The notes beneath the pieces were generated by a model that saw only the letters and a list, made by a program, of their open reading frames with translations, did not search any database and was not told the DNA's origin. A DNA stretch of 64,000 nucleotides, from positions 1,056,001-1,120,000 of the forward strand of contig CAXXTH010000010.1 in the NCBI GenBank assembly GCA_963668025.2, given 5' to 3'. The DNA comes from Candidatus Hydrogenedentota bacterium. Its GTDB lineage: Bacteria; Hydrogenedentota; Hydrogenedentia; Hydrogenedentales; SLHB01. The position numbers and the translations under genes were made by a program. Below, in pieces: positions 9,434 through 19,376 of this stretch. The stretch's first letter is position 1, and each line of letters opens with the position of its first letter.

Positions 9434-10630
9434 ATGACCGAGATCCAATTGTTCAAAATCCGAATCGCGCTGGTGCAAGCTTTCCTGCAGGAGAATGGCT
9501 ATGATGGCGTCCTTCTGATGCGGCAAGATAACTACGCCATGGCCACGGGCGGCAGGCGGAACTATATCTGCACCCAGTCTGATTTTGGCGCAAGTGGTTT
9601 GTTTGTAACCGCCGAAGGCCGTACGTTTTTCGTGGGCAATAATATCGAGGCTACACGCCAGATGGAAGAGGAATTGAAGCCTTTCGGTTGTGAGGTGCTC
9701 GATTTTCTCTGGTTTGAGAATACGCCCGCGGAGGTGGTGCGTAAACGGTTTTCCGGCAGGCTGGTTTCGGATGATGGTTCGCTGGGTCCAAATGTGAATA
9801 ACCAATTGGCTTCATTGCGGGCAATATTAACGCGTACGGAGCTTGAGAAATACCGCCAATTGGGCGCGTTAGCCGCTGAAGCGATGACGGAGGCCTTGTA
9901 TGCGATCACTCCGGGCATGGCCGAGGCGGATGTAGCCGCCCTTCTTGTGGCGGAAGGCGCTAAGCGGCGATGCCTCGTGAATGTTGCCCTTGTGGCCGCG
10001 GACAAGCGTATCGCGAAGTTCCGCCATCCGCTGCCGACGGAGCGCCCCATGCTTGGCGGTAGTTTGCAGGAGCGTAGCGTGCTCGGGTATGTCATGGTCG
10101 TCGGAGGCTTTAGCCGGGAAGGGCTGGTGGCCTCCATCACGCGTTTTTGCCAAGTAGGCGCTATTCCTGCCGATATTCCCGATGCGTACGGCCGTATTTG
10201 CGCCGTGGAAGCCATTATGCAGGAAGAGACGCGTCCTGGGCGCACGCTGGGCCGCGTTTTTTCTTCTTGCCAGCAAGCATATGCGGATATGGGATTCGCA
10301 ACCGATGAATGGCATAGGCATCACCAAGGTGGTGCGACTGGATATGGAAACCGCACCTGCAAGGGCGCACCAGAAGAAGGCTTCTTGATTGGTGAGCCGC
10401 GCTGGACAAAACGGGTGGGCGCTATTCTTGGAAATGAGGTGGAATTCGGCATGGCTTTCGCCTGGAATCCCACTGCTCCCGGTGTGAAATCGGAAGACAC
10501 CTTCATTATTAATCCCGATGGGGGCGCGGAAATCGTCACGAAAACACCCCGGCTTCCCCAGGTGGATCTTGGCCGCGTATTAGGCCGGGAAACAGATGTG
10601 GTGAAATCGGGCATACTCACTCGCCGTTAA
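9434..10630 (+). CDS. M24 (Xaa-Pro aminopeptidase-like) family protein
   Basis: Creatinase-like N-terminus, then GLVASITR, HHQGGATGY, FAWNP and KSEDT. RBS GAGG before ATG 9434. Confidence 0.75.
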   Translation: MTEIQLFKIRIALVQAFLQENGYDGVLLMRQDNYAMATGGRRNYICTQSDFGASGLFVTAEGRTFFVGNNIEATRQMEEELKPFGCEVLDFLWFENTPAEVVRKRFSGRLVSDDGSLGPNVNNQLASLRAILTRTELEKYRQLGALAAEAMTEALYAITPGMAEADVAALLVAEGAKRRCLVNVALVAADKRIAKFRHPLPTERPMLGGSLQERSVLGYVMVVGGFSREGLVASITRFCQVGAIPADIPDAYGRICAVEAIMQEETRPGRTLGRVFSSCQQAYADMGFATDEWHRHHQGGATGYGNRTCKGAPEEGFLIGEPRWTKRVGAILGNEVEFGMAFAWNPTAPGVKSEDTFIINPDGGAEIVTKTPRLPQVDLGRVLGRETDVVKSGILTRR

Positions 10631-10639
10631 TGCAAGACG

Positions 10640-11347
10640 ATGATTCGATTCGAGGAACTTGAGCAATTGGGCGTCCAAGTGGCGCTTATCACCGATAAAT
10701 CCGATGGTGATTGCCGTAGTGCTCCCCCTGGCGCGATTTCGGATTCGCGTATGCGGGCATGCCTGGCTTGCGGCATAGATCCCGAAAGCCTTGTTTGTGC
10801 GCGCCAGGTCCATGGCATAGCCGTCTCCAGCGCGACGGAGGCGGATCGCGGCCGCGGCTCGATGCCAGGCCGTGAGACCTTCAGGGATACCGATGGGCTT
10901 ATCACGGATGTGGCGGGCTTGCCACTCGTGATATCCGTGGCGGATTGCGCGCCTGTCTATCTAGTGGACCCTGTCCGCAAGGCAATTGGATTGGTGCATG
11001 CGGGGCGTGAGGGCACTTTCCATGGCATCAGCAGCCAGGCCGTTGCTGTTATGCGGAAAGCGTATGGTTGTGAGCCTTCGTCGCTTCATGCACTCATCGG
11101 TCCTTCGGCGGGGCCGGAGCAGTACGAGGTTTCTCCCGATATCGCCGAAGCCTGGAGGCGTGCAGGCCTGCCCGCAACAGGCCGCTTGCTGGATATATGG
11201 GAGGCCAACGCCCTGCAACTTGAAGCTTGCGGCCTTGCTGCAAGCCATATCCATCAGCCCCGCATATGCACCATTAGCGATATGCGTTTTCACTCCCACC
11301 GCCGCGATGCGAACGGTGCGCGCAACATGGCCCTCCTGATGCTTTAG
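10640..11347 (+). CDS. pgeF: Peptidoglycan editing factor / polyphenol-oxidase-like YfiH family
   Basis: QVHG, DGLITD, ADCAPV, HAGREG, IGPS, YEV, CT and FHSHRR motifs. Confidence 0.88.
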   Translation: MIRFEELEQLGVQVALITDKSDGDCRSAPPGAISDSRMRACLACGIDPESLVCARQVHGIAVSSATEADRGRGSMPGRETFRDTDGLITDVAGLPLVISVADCAPVYLVDPVRKAIGLVHAGREGTFHGISSQAVAVMRKAYGCEPSSLHALIGPSAGPEQYEVSPDIAEAWRRAGLPATGRLLDIWEANALQLEACGLAASHIHQPRICTISDMRFHSHRRDANGARNMALLML

Positions 11348-11641
11348 CCCCAGTCAGTAATAAAGATAAGTTTGCGGCGTGCAGAGCATCCCATATGGGC
11401 ATTTTCTCGCCCCATGATTGGTTAATTCTGAAAGACTTAAGATCGCCGCCGGATGAGTTGGCGGTATTTTCGTTGGTTTTGCGTGAGCGAAGTCAAAGTC
11501 TCTTAAAAACGATGGCGGATTGCTTGTTACCTTCTCTAGTGGAGGAACGAGAGATATCCAGGAAAACTTGAACCGCTAACCGGATTCCAGTATCTTCCGT
11601 AAAATTATCCGGGGCTGGGTTTTAGCCCAGTCACAACAGAT

Positions 11642-12745
11642 ATGAGGCAAACAGTGAAAAAGGCGCTTTTAGCAACCGAAAATGGGCTGGTGTTTGAAGG
11701 CCGCGCCGTGGGCGCTGATGGCGAAACCACAGGCGAGTTGGTATTTAACACAAGCATGACCGGCTACCAGGAGATCCTGACGGACCCGTCGTATGCCGGC
11801 CAAGTGGTCACAATGACCTATACGCTGATTGGCAATTATGGCGTTAATCCCGAGGACGCGGAGTCGCGCCAGCCGTTTGCGAATGGTTTTGTCATGCGGG
11901 AATGCTGTTTTGAACCGAGCAATTGGCGCTGCAAGCAAACGCTGCCGGAATATCTGAAGGAACATGGCATTGTGGCCATAGACGGCGTGGATACGCGCCG
12001 AATCACCAAAATGCTGCGTACGGAAGGCGCGAAGAAATGTGCCGTCAGCACGGTGGATCTCGAGCCGGATAGCTTGATTCAAAAAGCGATTGATTCGCCC
12101 GATATGGCGGGCAGCGATTATGTGAAGGCCGTCTCCGTGAAAGAAGCCTATACATGGAATCCGGATTTTGAAGGCAAGTATAAAGTGGCGGCCTTCGATT
12201 ATGGCATTAAATACAACATTTTGCGGCGGCTCGAACAAGCGGGCTGCCAAGTCGTGGTGCTCCCGGCTACGGCTTCGGCGGAAGAAGCATTGGCATGCAA
12301 TCCTGACGGCATCTTCTTGTCGAATGGGCCTGGCGATCCTTCGGCGCTGCCATATATCTATCCGACGGTTCAAGGATTGTTTGGCAAGAAGCCCATTTTT
12401 GGCATTTGTTTGGGACACCAGATATTAGGCCACGCTTTTGGCGGCGCGACCTTCAAGCTCAAGTTCGGCCATCGCGGCGGCAACCAGCCGGTCCTCAACC
12501 ACGACACGGGCAAGGTCGAGATTAGCGCGCAGAATCACGGATTTGCGGTGGATCCCGATTCGCTCGACGCCAGCATGGTGCGCATTACGCACACCAATTT
12601 AAATGACAACTCCGTTGAAGGCATGGCCCACAAGGAACTCCCGGTTTTCAGCGTGCAATACCACCCGGAAGCTTCACCGGGCCCCCATGACAGCCGGTAT
12701 CTGTTTGCCCAGTTTGCGGCATTAATGGACAAGTGCAAAGGATAA
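11642..12745 (+). CDS. carA: Carbamoyl-phosphate synthase small subunit
   Basis: GELVFNTSMTGYQEILTDPSY, SNGPGDP, GICLGHQ, KFGHRGGNQPV and QYHPEASPGPHDS. Confidence 0.97.
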   Translation: MRQTVKKALLATENGLVFEGRAVGADGETTGELVFNTSMTGYQEILTDPSYAGQVVTMTYTLIGNYGVNPEDAESRQPFANGFVMRECCFEPSNWRCKQTLPEYLKEHGIVAIDGVDTRRITKMLRTEGAKKCAVSTVDLEPDSLIQKAIDSPDMAGSDYVKAVSVKEAYTWNPDFEGKYKVAAFDYGIKYNILRRLEQAGCQVVVLPATASAEEALACNPDGIFLSNGPGDPSALPYIYPTVQGLFGKKPIFGICLGHQILGHAFGGATFKLKFGHRGGNQPVLNHDTGKVEISAQNHGFAVDPDSLDASMVRITHTNLNDNSVEGMAHKELPVFSVQYHPEASPGPHDSRYLFAQFAALMDKCKG

Positions 12746-12760
12746 CGCCGCATCAATTGG

Positions 12761-12804
12761 ACGGCTGGAGCAGTGTTTCGATGCCTGTTCCAGCCGTTTT
12801 TTTT
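12761..12804 (+). terminator. Rho-independent terminator of carA
   Basis: ACGGCTGGA...TCCAGCCGT stem followed by a T-run. Confidence 0.8.
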
Positions 12805-12992
12805 GTTGGATAGCTCATAAAGAAGGATGTTCTTGGAAAGCTGTCTTCATTTGGAAATCGAGCGGTTTGGATTTGAATGATCAGGAAGTTTACACTGTAC
12901 TCTACTGATATTCCGCCGCATAAGTGAGTACGGCGAATAGGCTTTGGAAGGAAATTGCGTTTTGGCGCCTGTCGTTCGGTGAATAAAGCGCT

Positions 12993-15251
12993 TTGCCATC
13001 TTGGACCCAGTTGATGCGCGGATTCTTTTTTCGCATGATCGTCTCCATCACGGGAGATAATGTCCGGAAACGGATGCGGGCGGCTATCGCCTCCGTCTTG
13101 CGCCGGTTTGCGCCTGGTTTCCCCACGGATTCCGCTCTAAGAGGCCCGAAGGTTCCCGCGCCGATTTCCCGCTGTATCGAGCGTGGGGGATGGTTTTGGC
13201 CATTCCGCAGGCTGCGCCGCATGTATTGGAGAAACAAATCGAGCCTGCCGCAAGCGCCGCCAAATCCCAGGCCGCCGAGCCTTGCCGCCTTGCCTTGCAC
13301 CATTATTATTCCGGTATGTAATCAGCCCCGAGATATCCGGGCCTGTGTTCAAATTCTCAAGCGCTGCACGGACGAGGCGTATCGGCTGGTGCTCATAGAT
13401 AATGCTTCTGATTCCTATGAAGCCCGCATGCTGGAAGAGCTGGCGGCCTCTTATCCGCAAACGAAGCTGCTGCACATACCGGAGCCAGTGTCTCCCGCGG
13501 CTGCATGCAATGCTGGATTGCAGGAAGCTGGCGGCGGGCCCTGTGTTTTTCTGGATGCGCGCATGCGCGTTGCGCCAGGCTGGCTGGCGCGGATGCGGCG
13601 CTGCGCACAGTCTGATGCGCGCATCGCCGCCGTGTCCCCATTATCCAATGGCGCGGCCCATCTTTGGCTGCGCTTGAATCCGGGAGATTCTCCGGATGGC
13701 ATGGCGCAACGGCTAGGTGAAATGGGCTTGCATGCATACCCGGATATGGCGCTACCGGATGATGGCTGTTTGTATGTGGCGGCGGGAGTCATGGAGCGCT
13801 TGGGAGGGCTCGATGCGGCGTACGCTACCTTGGCTGGGGCGCTGGCTGATCTGTCATTGCGGGTGCGGCGGATGGGGGAGAAAGCGGCATGCTGCGAGGA
13901 AGCCTATGTGTTTAGGCCGGATTTGAGTTATGCCGTGGAAGAAGCGCATGCGCGCTGGGCCGATGGGCGCAGAATCGCCGCCCGGCTTGGAGCGGTTTAC
14001 GACAAAGCCGCAGCCCGGTTTCAGGTGGAAGAGCCGCTCGATGGCCTGCGGCGAAGGGTTGCATGCCAGAGGCCCCCTCGAGCCTTGGCGATAGAAGAAT
14101 CGAAGAACTATGTGTATGAGCGGGCCGTCGATATTCTGAAAGAACCCGATTTGGCGCAGCGGAAAGCGGCATACGCCGATGCGTTACAGCGCTATCTTGC
14201 ATCGAAGCGCCCACGTCGAACACACCCGCGCATCGTTTTTTTGGCGAATGTGCTTAACCAGACCGGGGGGGCCCTTTCTGTAGCCCAGCTCGTGAATGAC
14301 CTTATCTCGCTGGGGCACGACGCCCGTTTGATTGTGCGCAGTCCTGATGGGTATAACCCGGCTACGCCCCTTCTGGCGGAGCCTGTGTTTTATCCGAACC
14401 GGAAAGCGCTGCTCGAGCACCTCGGGGAAGCGGATATAGTCGTGGGCACTCTCTGGCCGACCATGTATTACATCATGCACGCGTTTTTGCACCGGCCTTC
14501 GTTTGTTCCCGCGTATTTTGTACAGGACTTCGAGCCATTTTTTTATCCAGAAACCGATCATGCTACTCGATGCCTTGTACAAGACACCTATTCACTCACT
14601 CCATTCTGCTTCGCAAAGACTCCCTGGATTTGCGAGCAGGTGCGGGCTGCCGGGGGGCATATCCAGGAAGTGCCTCCCGCGCTGGACCTGGATTTGTTTT
14701 ATCCGCGTGAAGTGGAGCCGTCTGATACAAAAATCATTCTGGCCATGCTGCGGCCCTCGACACCGCGCAGAGGATTTGGCATGGCTATTGATGTGCTTGC
14801 ACGTTTGGCTATGGAACGCAGAGATATCGAAATCCATGTTTTCGGAGCTTCGGAACGCGAACTGGAAAAACATGCGATTCCGTTCGCGTTCACCAATCAT
14901 GGAATCCTTTCGAATGAAATGCTGCCAGCCCTGTATTCCCGCGCCTATTTATATGCGGATTTCTCAGAGTTCCATGGATTCGGCCGAACGGTGGCGGAGG
15001 CGATGGCCTGTGGCGCGCCTTGTGTGATCACGGAAAGCGGAGGAGTGAGCGCTTTTGCCCGCGATGGACACAATTGCCTGATGGCTCCGCCGAATGATGC
15101 GCAGAAAATGGCCGCGCTCATGCGCCGCCTGCTCGACCATCCTTTGCTGCATAAACGCCTTTCCAGCAGCGCACGGGAAAGCGTCGCGCCTTTTGAACGC
15201 ATGCATTCCGCCCGGGAAACCGCCGAGTTTTTGTTGAGCTGCCTGCAGTAA
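12993..15251 (+). CDS. Bifunctional glycosyltransferase (GT2 N-terminal + GT4/WsaF-like C-terminal); start uncertain
   Basis: TIIIPVCN and LIDNAS (GT2). TGG..., YFVQDFEPFFY and GFGRTVAEAMACGAP (GT4). Confidence 0.8.
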   Translation: MPSWTQLMRGFFFRMIVSITGDNVRKRMRAAIASVLRRFAPGFPTDSALRGPKVPAPISRCIERGGWFWPFRRLRRMYWRNKSSLPQAPPNPRPPSLAALPCTIIIPVCNQPRDIRACVQILKRCTDEAYRLVLIDNASDSYEARMLEELAASYPQTKLLHIPEPVSPAAACNAGLQEAGGGPCVFLDARMRVAPGWLARMRRCAQSDARIAAVSPLSNGAAHLWLRLNPGDSPDGMAQRLGEMGLHAYPDMALPDDGCLYVAAGVMERLGGLDAAYATLAGALADLSLRVRRMGEKAACCEEAYVFRPDLSYAVEEAHARWADGRRIAARLGAVYDKAAARFQVEEPLDGLRRRVACQRPPRALAIEESKNYVYERAVDILKEPDLAQRKAAYADALQRYLASKRPRRTHPRIVFLANVLNQTGGALSVAQLVNDLISLGHDARLIVRSPDGYNPATPLLAEPVFYPNRKALLEHLGEADIVVGTLWPTMYYIMHAFLHRPSFVPAYFVQDFEPFFYPETDHATRCLVQDTYSLTPFCFAKTPWICEQVRAAGGHIQEVPPALDLDLFYPREVEPSDTKIILAMLRPSTPRRGFGMAIDVLARLAMERRDIEIHVFGASERELEKHAIPFAFTNHGILSNEMLPALYSRAYLYADFSEFHGFGRTVAEAMACGAPCVITESGGVSAFARDGHNCLMAPPNDAQKMAALMRRLLDHPLLHKRLSSSARESVAPFERMHSARETAEFLLSCLQ

Positions 15252-15395
15252 CCTGCGATACATGAAAAAGCGCAGGTTAGCCATGCAATCCTGGTTCTTT
15301 TACCTACTGGTTTACTTTTCCTAATGAATGGAGTATTCTGCTTTCCGTTATGACCGTTATCATCAGAATATGAACATAAGCGGAAAGGAAAATCG

Positions 15396-16181
15396 ATGAA
15401 GATAGACTTATCTAATCAGATAGCGGTAGTCACGGGGGCGACGGGCGACCTCGGCCGCGTCATTACTCGTACGCTGGCGGAATGCGGCGCGGATATTGTA
15501 GTTCATTATCACACGAATCGAGCCAAGGCCGAAGAGTTGGTGCATGAAGTGGGAAAGATGGGCCGCCGGGCCGTTCCCATACAAGCGAGCGTTACCGATT
15601 ATGACGCCGTATGCGCCATGCAAAAGCAGGTGTCGGCGGAGCTGGGCGACGCTTCCATCATCGTCAATAATGCGGTGATTCAATACCAATGGACCCAGAT
15701 TCTGGAACAGGATCCCGCGGACTACGAGCATCAGTTTCAGTCTTGTGCAATGCATAACTTGTATATGGCGAAGGCGTTTGTCCCCGCGATGATCCAGAAG
15801 CGATGGGGGCGGGTGATTGGAATTAACACGGAATGCTCGCTTCAATGCTGGCCTTCGCAATCCGCGTATGTGAGTGGAAAGCATGGCATGAACGCGCTGT
15901 TGCAGTGCTTGGCGAAGGAAGTAGGCGTTCATGGCGTCACAGTGAACCAAGTCGCCCCGGGGTGGATGTTCAGTGATCGGGATCGCGGCCGAAGCGATAC
16001 GCCGTTGGAATTGCAGCAAGTCATTGATTCGTATTCGGCCATGCTGCCGCTGAAGCACCGGGGTGAAGATCAGGACATTGCCAACACGGTGGCTTTTTTT
16101 GCCTCTGATCTAGCCAAGTTCATCACGGGGGCATTCCTTCCCGTAAATGGCGGAGGCGCGGTGCTGCCGCCATGGTTATAG
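15396..16181 (+). CDS. Short-chain dehydrogenase/reductase
   Basis: TGATGDLG, IVNNA, YVSGK (YxxxK) and VNQVAPG. Confidence 0.9.
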   Translation: MKIDLSNQIAVVTGATGDLGRVITRTLAECGADIVVHYHTNRAKAEELVHEVGKMGRRAVPIQASVTDYDAVCAMQKQVSAELGDASIIVNNAVIQYQWTQILEQDPADYEHQFQSCAMHNLYMAKAFVPAMIQKRWGRVIGINTECSLQCWPSQSAYVSGKHGMNALLQCLAKEVGVHGVTVNQVAPGWMFSDRDRGRSDTPLELQQVIDSYSAMLPLKHRGEDQDIANTVAFFASDLAKFITGAFLPVNGGGAVLPPWL

Positions 16182-16221
16182 GCGTTTGCCTCGCATGCCG
16201 GTTGCGGAGCCAATCCATGTG

Positions 16222-17271
16222 TTACGGCGTGCTTTCGCGGACAACGAGCGTCGGTTGAAACTGGATGCGGCGGATCGCGGGATCCTTTGCATTGTCATCA
16301 AGTATCAGCTTGACTGCCGTGCGCCCAAGATGGCGGTAATCCAACTGGACAGTAGTCAGCGATGGCACCGTATATTCTCCGAGCGGAAGTCCGTCGCATC
16401 CTACGACCGCCACATCTGATGGACAGCCAATGCCGCGTTCGTGCAATTTTCGCAGGACTCCCAGCGCCATTTCATCGTTTGTGAACACGCCATCGAATTG
16501 AACGCCCTGGGCGTAAAGAGTATCCACGAAATCGCCAGCCGTGCCAGGAGTGGAATCCGCACAGCATATTAGTTTGGGGTCCACTTCAATGCCGGCTTCG
16601 GAGAAGATATCCCGATATCCTTGTTCGATATCCCGGGAGAAACAGTGTTCAATTGACGCTTTGATGAGGAGAATGCGCTTGCGGCCGCATCGGAGAAGAT
16701 AGCGCACGCCTTGCCGCGCCGCATCGACATAGTCATAACAAACCGATTTATAGGCGCGCGCCAGTTTCGGATCTCCGGAGTAGTCCACCAAGATGGAATC
16801 CGGCTTGAGCGCAAGGAAGGCGGACAATTGAGTGACGGGCATATATCCGACAATGAGCGTTCCTGCGGGCTGCGAACGTTCAATGGCCTGATAGAGCCAT
16901 AGGAATTCGGAATATTCACAGCTCGTGGTGCGAATCACGCAGTCATATCCGTGGGCGCTCAATTCTTGTTCGATGGCGATGAGTAGATCGGAATAGAACA
17001 TATCAGCGGGCACTTTACTCGTGGCTAACACGACATCCACAAATGGAGGCCGTTCTTTCGTGACGAGCTTTGGCCGCCCCATGCCTGCCTTTGGATGATA
17101 TCCCATCTTGTGTGCTGCTTTAACAATTTGGGCCCGGGTGTCTTCGGTTACGGCGGCATCATGCCGCAAGGCGCGGCTAACGGTCATGCGGCTCACGCCG
17201 CATGCTTTCGCGATTTCGGCAATACCGATGCCTCTGCTATTTTTAGCCACTTCTGGACTTTTCTCCTTCAT
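16222..17271 (-). CDS. LacI-family transcriptional regulator (start 17271 or 17298)
   Basis: IAEIAKACGVSRMTVSRAL HTH, NDEMALG, DVAVVGCD, PSLTTV and PTLVVREST. Confidence 0.92.
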   Translation of the reverse strand: MKEKSPEVAKNSRGIGIAEIAKACGVSRMTVSRALRHDAAVTEDTRAQIVKAAHKMGYHPKAGMGRPKLVTKERPPFVDVVLATSKVPADMFYSDLLIAIEQELSAHGYDCVIRTTSCEYSEFLWLYQAIERSQPAGTLIVGYMPVTQLSAFLALKPDSILVDYSGDPKLARAYKSVCYDYVDAARQGVRYLLRCGRKRILLIKASIEHCFSRDIEQGYRDIFSEAGIEVDPKLICCADSTPGTAGDFVDTLYAQGVQFDGVFTNDEMALGVLRKLHERGIGCPSDVAVVGCDGLPLGEYTVPSLTTVQLDYRHLGRTAVKLILDDNAKDPAIRRIQFQPTLVVRESTP

Positions 17272-18080
17272 TTCTGATGAGTTTGCCCTCCGCGCCATGC
17301 GTTTTATTTGAGTTGCATGGAGAACGGAGGCCGAAATAAATAAAAACCGGCTGCTGTGCGGCATTTTTCCCAGCTTGATGGCGGAAGCGCTGCCAGAGCA
17401 AGCAGTAGTTTTGACGCGCAGGGAAACACTCTTTGCAGAGCCCGAATCCACAATAAAGACAACTCTGGTAAAGTATAGTTATTTGTTCTCTTGTCCGCAA
17501 GCACCCGGGAAGGAGCACCCGGGAAGGAGGCATAATCTGTATCCAATTCTTTCATTCAAACCGGCAACGACGCCAAACAGTTGATGCATGCAATGCTCAT
17601 TACTCAACAGGAGCGAACGCTCCACAATTCTGGGTGCACAATTCTGGGCAATGAATAAAAAGTGAGGGATCAATACGCTGTTGATTGGTGATAATGTACA
17701 AATAATAACTGCTTAATCGAAACGAAAACGCGTCTTTACATTCTGTCGTGCAAGGCCAAGTCCTTCGGGGGAGAACAACCCTGCAACCAATAGTTGCAGG
17801 GTTGGGGCATCTACCACCAGCAGCAATTCATCTTATTTCTGGTGATATTGTGGTTGTCGCGCATCCATATGCAAAAGTAAAATCACAGAACATCCAGAAA
17901 GCCGCCGCCAATTATTTGCGGGAAACGGACAATCATCCCCGCTCTGTAGAAGCCTTGTCATGGAGCTGCTGCTCACATGGATAAAAAGGCCTGTATGCGG
18001 CGGCCGTAAACAGAAAGGTATAGGCAAGCGCGAATGGCGTCGTCCAGAGTATACCGAAGCATGTACAAGGAGGAATCAAA

Positions 18081-19361
18081 ATGGCTCTTTCCCCTAGAGA
18101 ACGTGTGCGCAATACTATTAGTCATCGCGAGTCTGACCGCGTTCCACTTGACTTTGGAGCAACTCCCCAGAGTGGCATTCATGCGTCGACTCTGGTTAAG
18201 TTGCGCTCCGCTCTGGGGCTTGAAGAGCATCCCGTGAAACTATGGGAGCCATTTCAGTGTTTAGGGGAAGTGGAGCTGGATCTGATACAGAAACTTAATG
18301 TTGATGTAGTTGGCGTATTTTGCCCAGGAACCTTTCTTGGTTATCGAAATCAGGACTGGAAATCATGGCAGTTGCCAGATGGAACTAATGTACTAGTTGG
18401 CAATGGATTTGTGTATTATGTAGATGCGCAAGGGAATACAACAATCTATCCACAAGGTGATCGAGCTGCATCGCCTTCGGCGCGAATGCCTAAGGGGGGA
18501 GCGTTTTTCGATGCGATCATTCGCCAGAAACCTTTGGATGAGGCTGCTCTTGATCCAGCGGAATATGCGGAAGAATTCACCCTTTTCACGGATGCCGACC
18601 TTGAGGCTATTCAAAAACAAGGAGAGTTCTGGCGTCATGAAACTGATTTGGCAATGATTGGAGTATTTGGGAAAGCCGGTTTTGGAGATATCGCGACTGT
18701 GCCGGGTGTTGCACTAAAAGAACCTAAAGGCATCCGGGATCCGCAGCAGTGGATGATTGCACACATGACGCATCCTGATTATATAAACGAAATCTTCGAA
18801 CTTCAGTGTGAGGTGGTCATCAAGAATCTTGAGCTGTATCGCCAAGCACTCGGCAGCATGGTGGATATTATAACGATTAGCGGAACCGATCTCGGCTCGC
18901 AGATGGGGCCTATGCTATCCGTAGAGATGTTCCGGAACCTATATAAACCCCATTTTAAGCGGGTAAATGATTGGGTGCATTCAAATACCACGTGGAAAAC
19001 CTGGTATCACTGTTGTGGAAGCATTGCGCCATTGATGGAAGATTTTATTGATATGGGCGTTGACATACTAAATCCCATCCAATGCTCCGCGGCAGGAATG
19101 GAGCCTCGCATGCTCAAAAAGCGATTCGGTGAACAACTCGTTTTCTGGGGAGGCGGCGTTGATACGCAGAATACCTTGCCTTTTGGCGCGCCGGAAGAAG
19201 TCTATCAAGAAGTCCTTGAAAGGATTGAGATCCTATTTGATGGCCACACAGGCTTTGTCTTCAACACGATTCACAATATCCTGAGTAATGTGCCTATCGA
19301 GAATATTCTGGCGCTCTTCCGGGCGGTAAACGATTCGCGCAATCTGCCATCATCGTTTTGA
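18081..19361 (+). CDS. Uroporphyrinogen-decarboxylase/MtaA-CmuA methyltransferase family protein
   Basis: SPRERVRNTISHRESDRVPLD, GTDLGSQ, WYHCCG, GVDILNPIQ, WGGGVDTQNTLPFG and GFVFNTIHNI. Confidence 0.85.
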   Translation: MALSPRERVRNTISHRESDRVPLDFGATPQSGIHASTLVKLRSALGLEEHPVKLWEPFQCLGEVELDLIQKLNVDVVGVFCPGTFLGYRNQDWKSWQLPDGTNVLVGNGFVYYVDAQGNTTIYPQGDRAASPSARMPKGGAFFDAIIRQKPLDEAALDPAEYAEEFTLFTDADLEAIQKQGEFWRHETDLAMIGVFGKAGFGDIATVPGVALKEPKGIRDPQQWMIAHMTHPDYINEIFELQCEVVIKNLELYRQALGSMVDIITISGTDLGSQMGPMLSVEMFRNLYKPHFKRVNDWVHSNTTWKTWYHCCGSIAPLMEDFIDMGVDILNPIQCSAAGMEPRMLKKRFGEQLVFWGGGVDTQNTLPFGAPEEVYQEVLERIEILFDGHTGFVFNTIHNILSNVPIENILALFRAVNDSRNLPSSF

Positions 19362-19376
19362 TAGAAAGTAGAACAT

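Noticed and set aside
11642-12745. carA without adjacent carB
   Set aside because: Split carA/carB arrangements are common, and the gene looks intact and ordinary.
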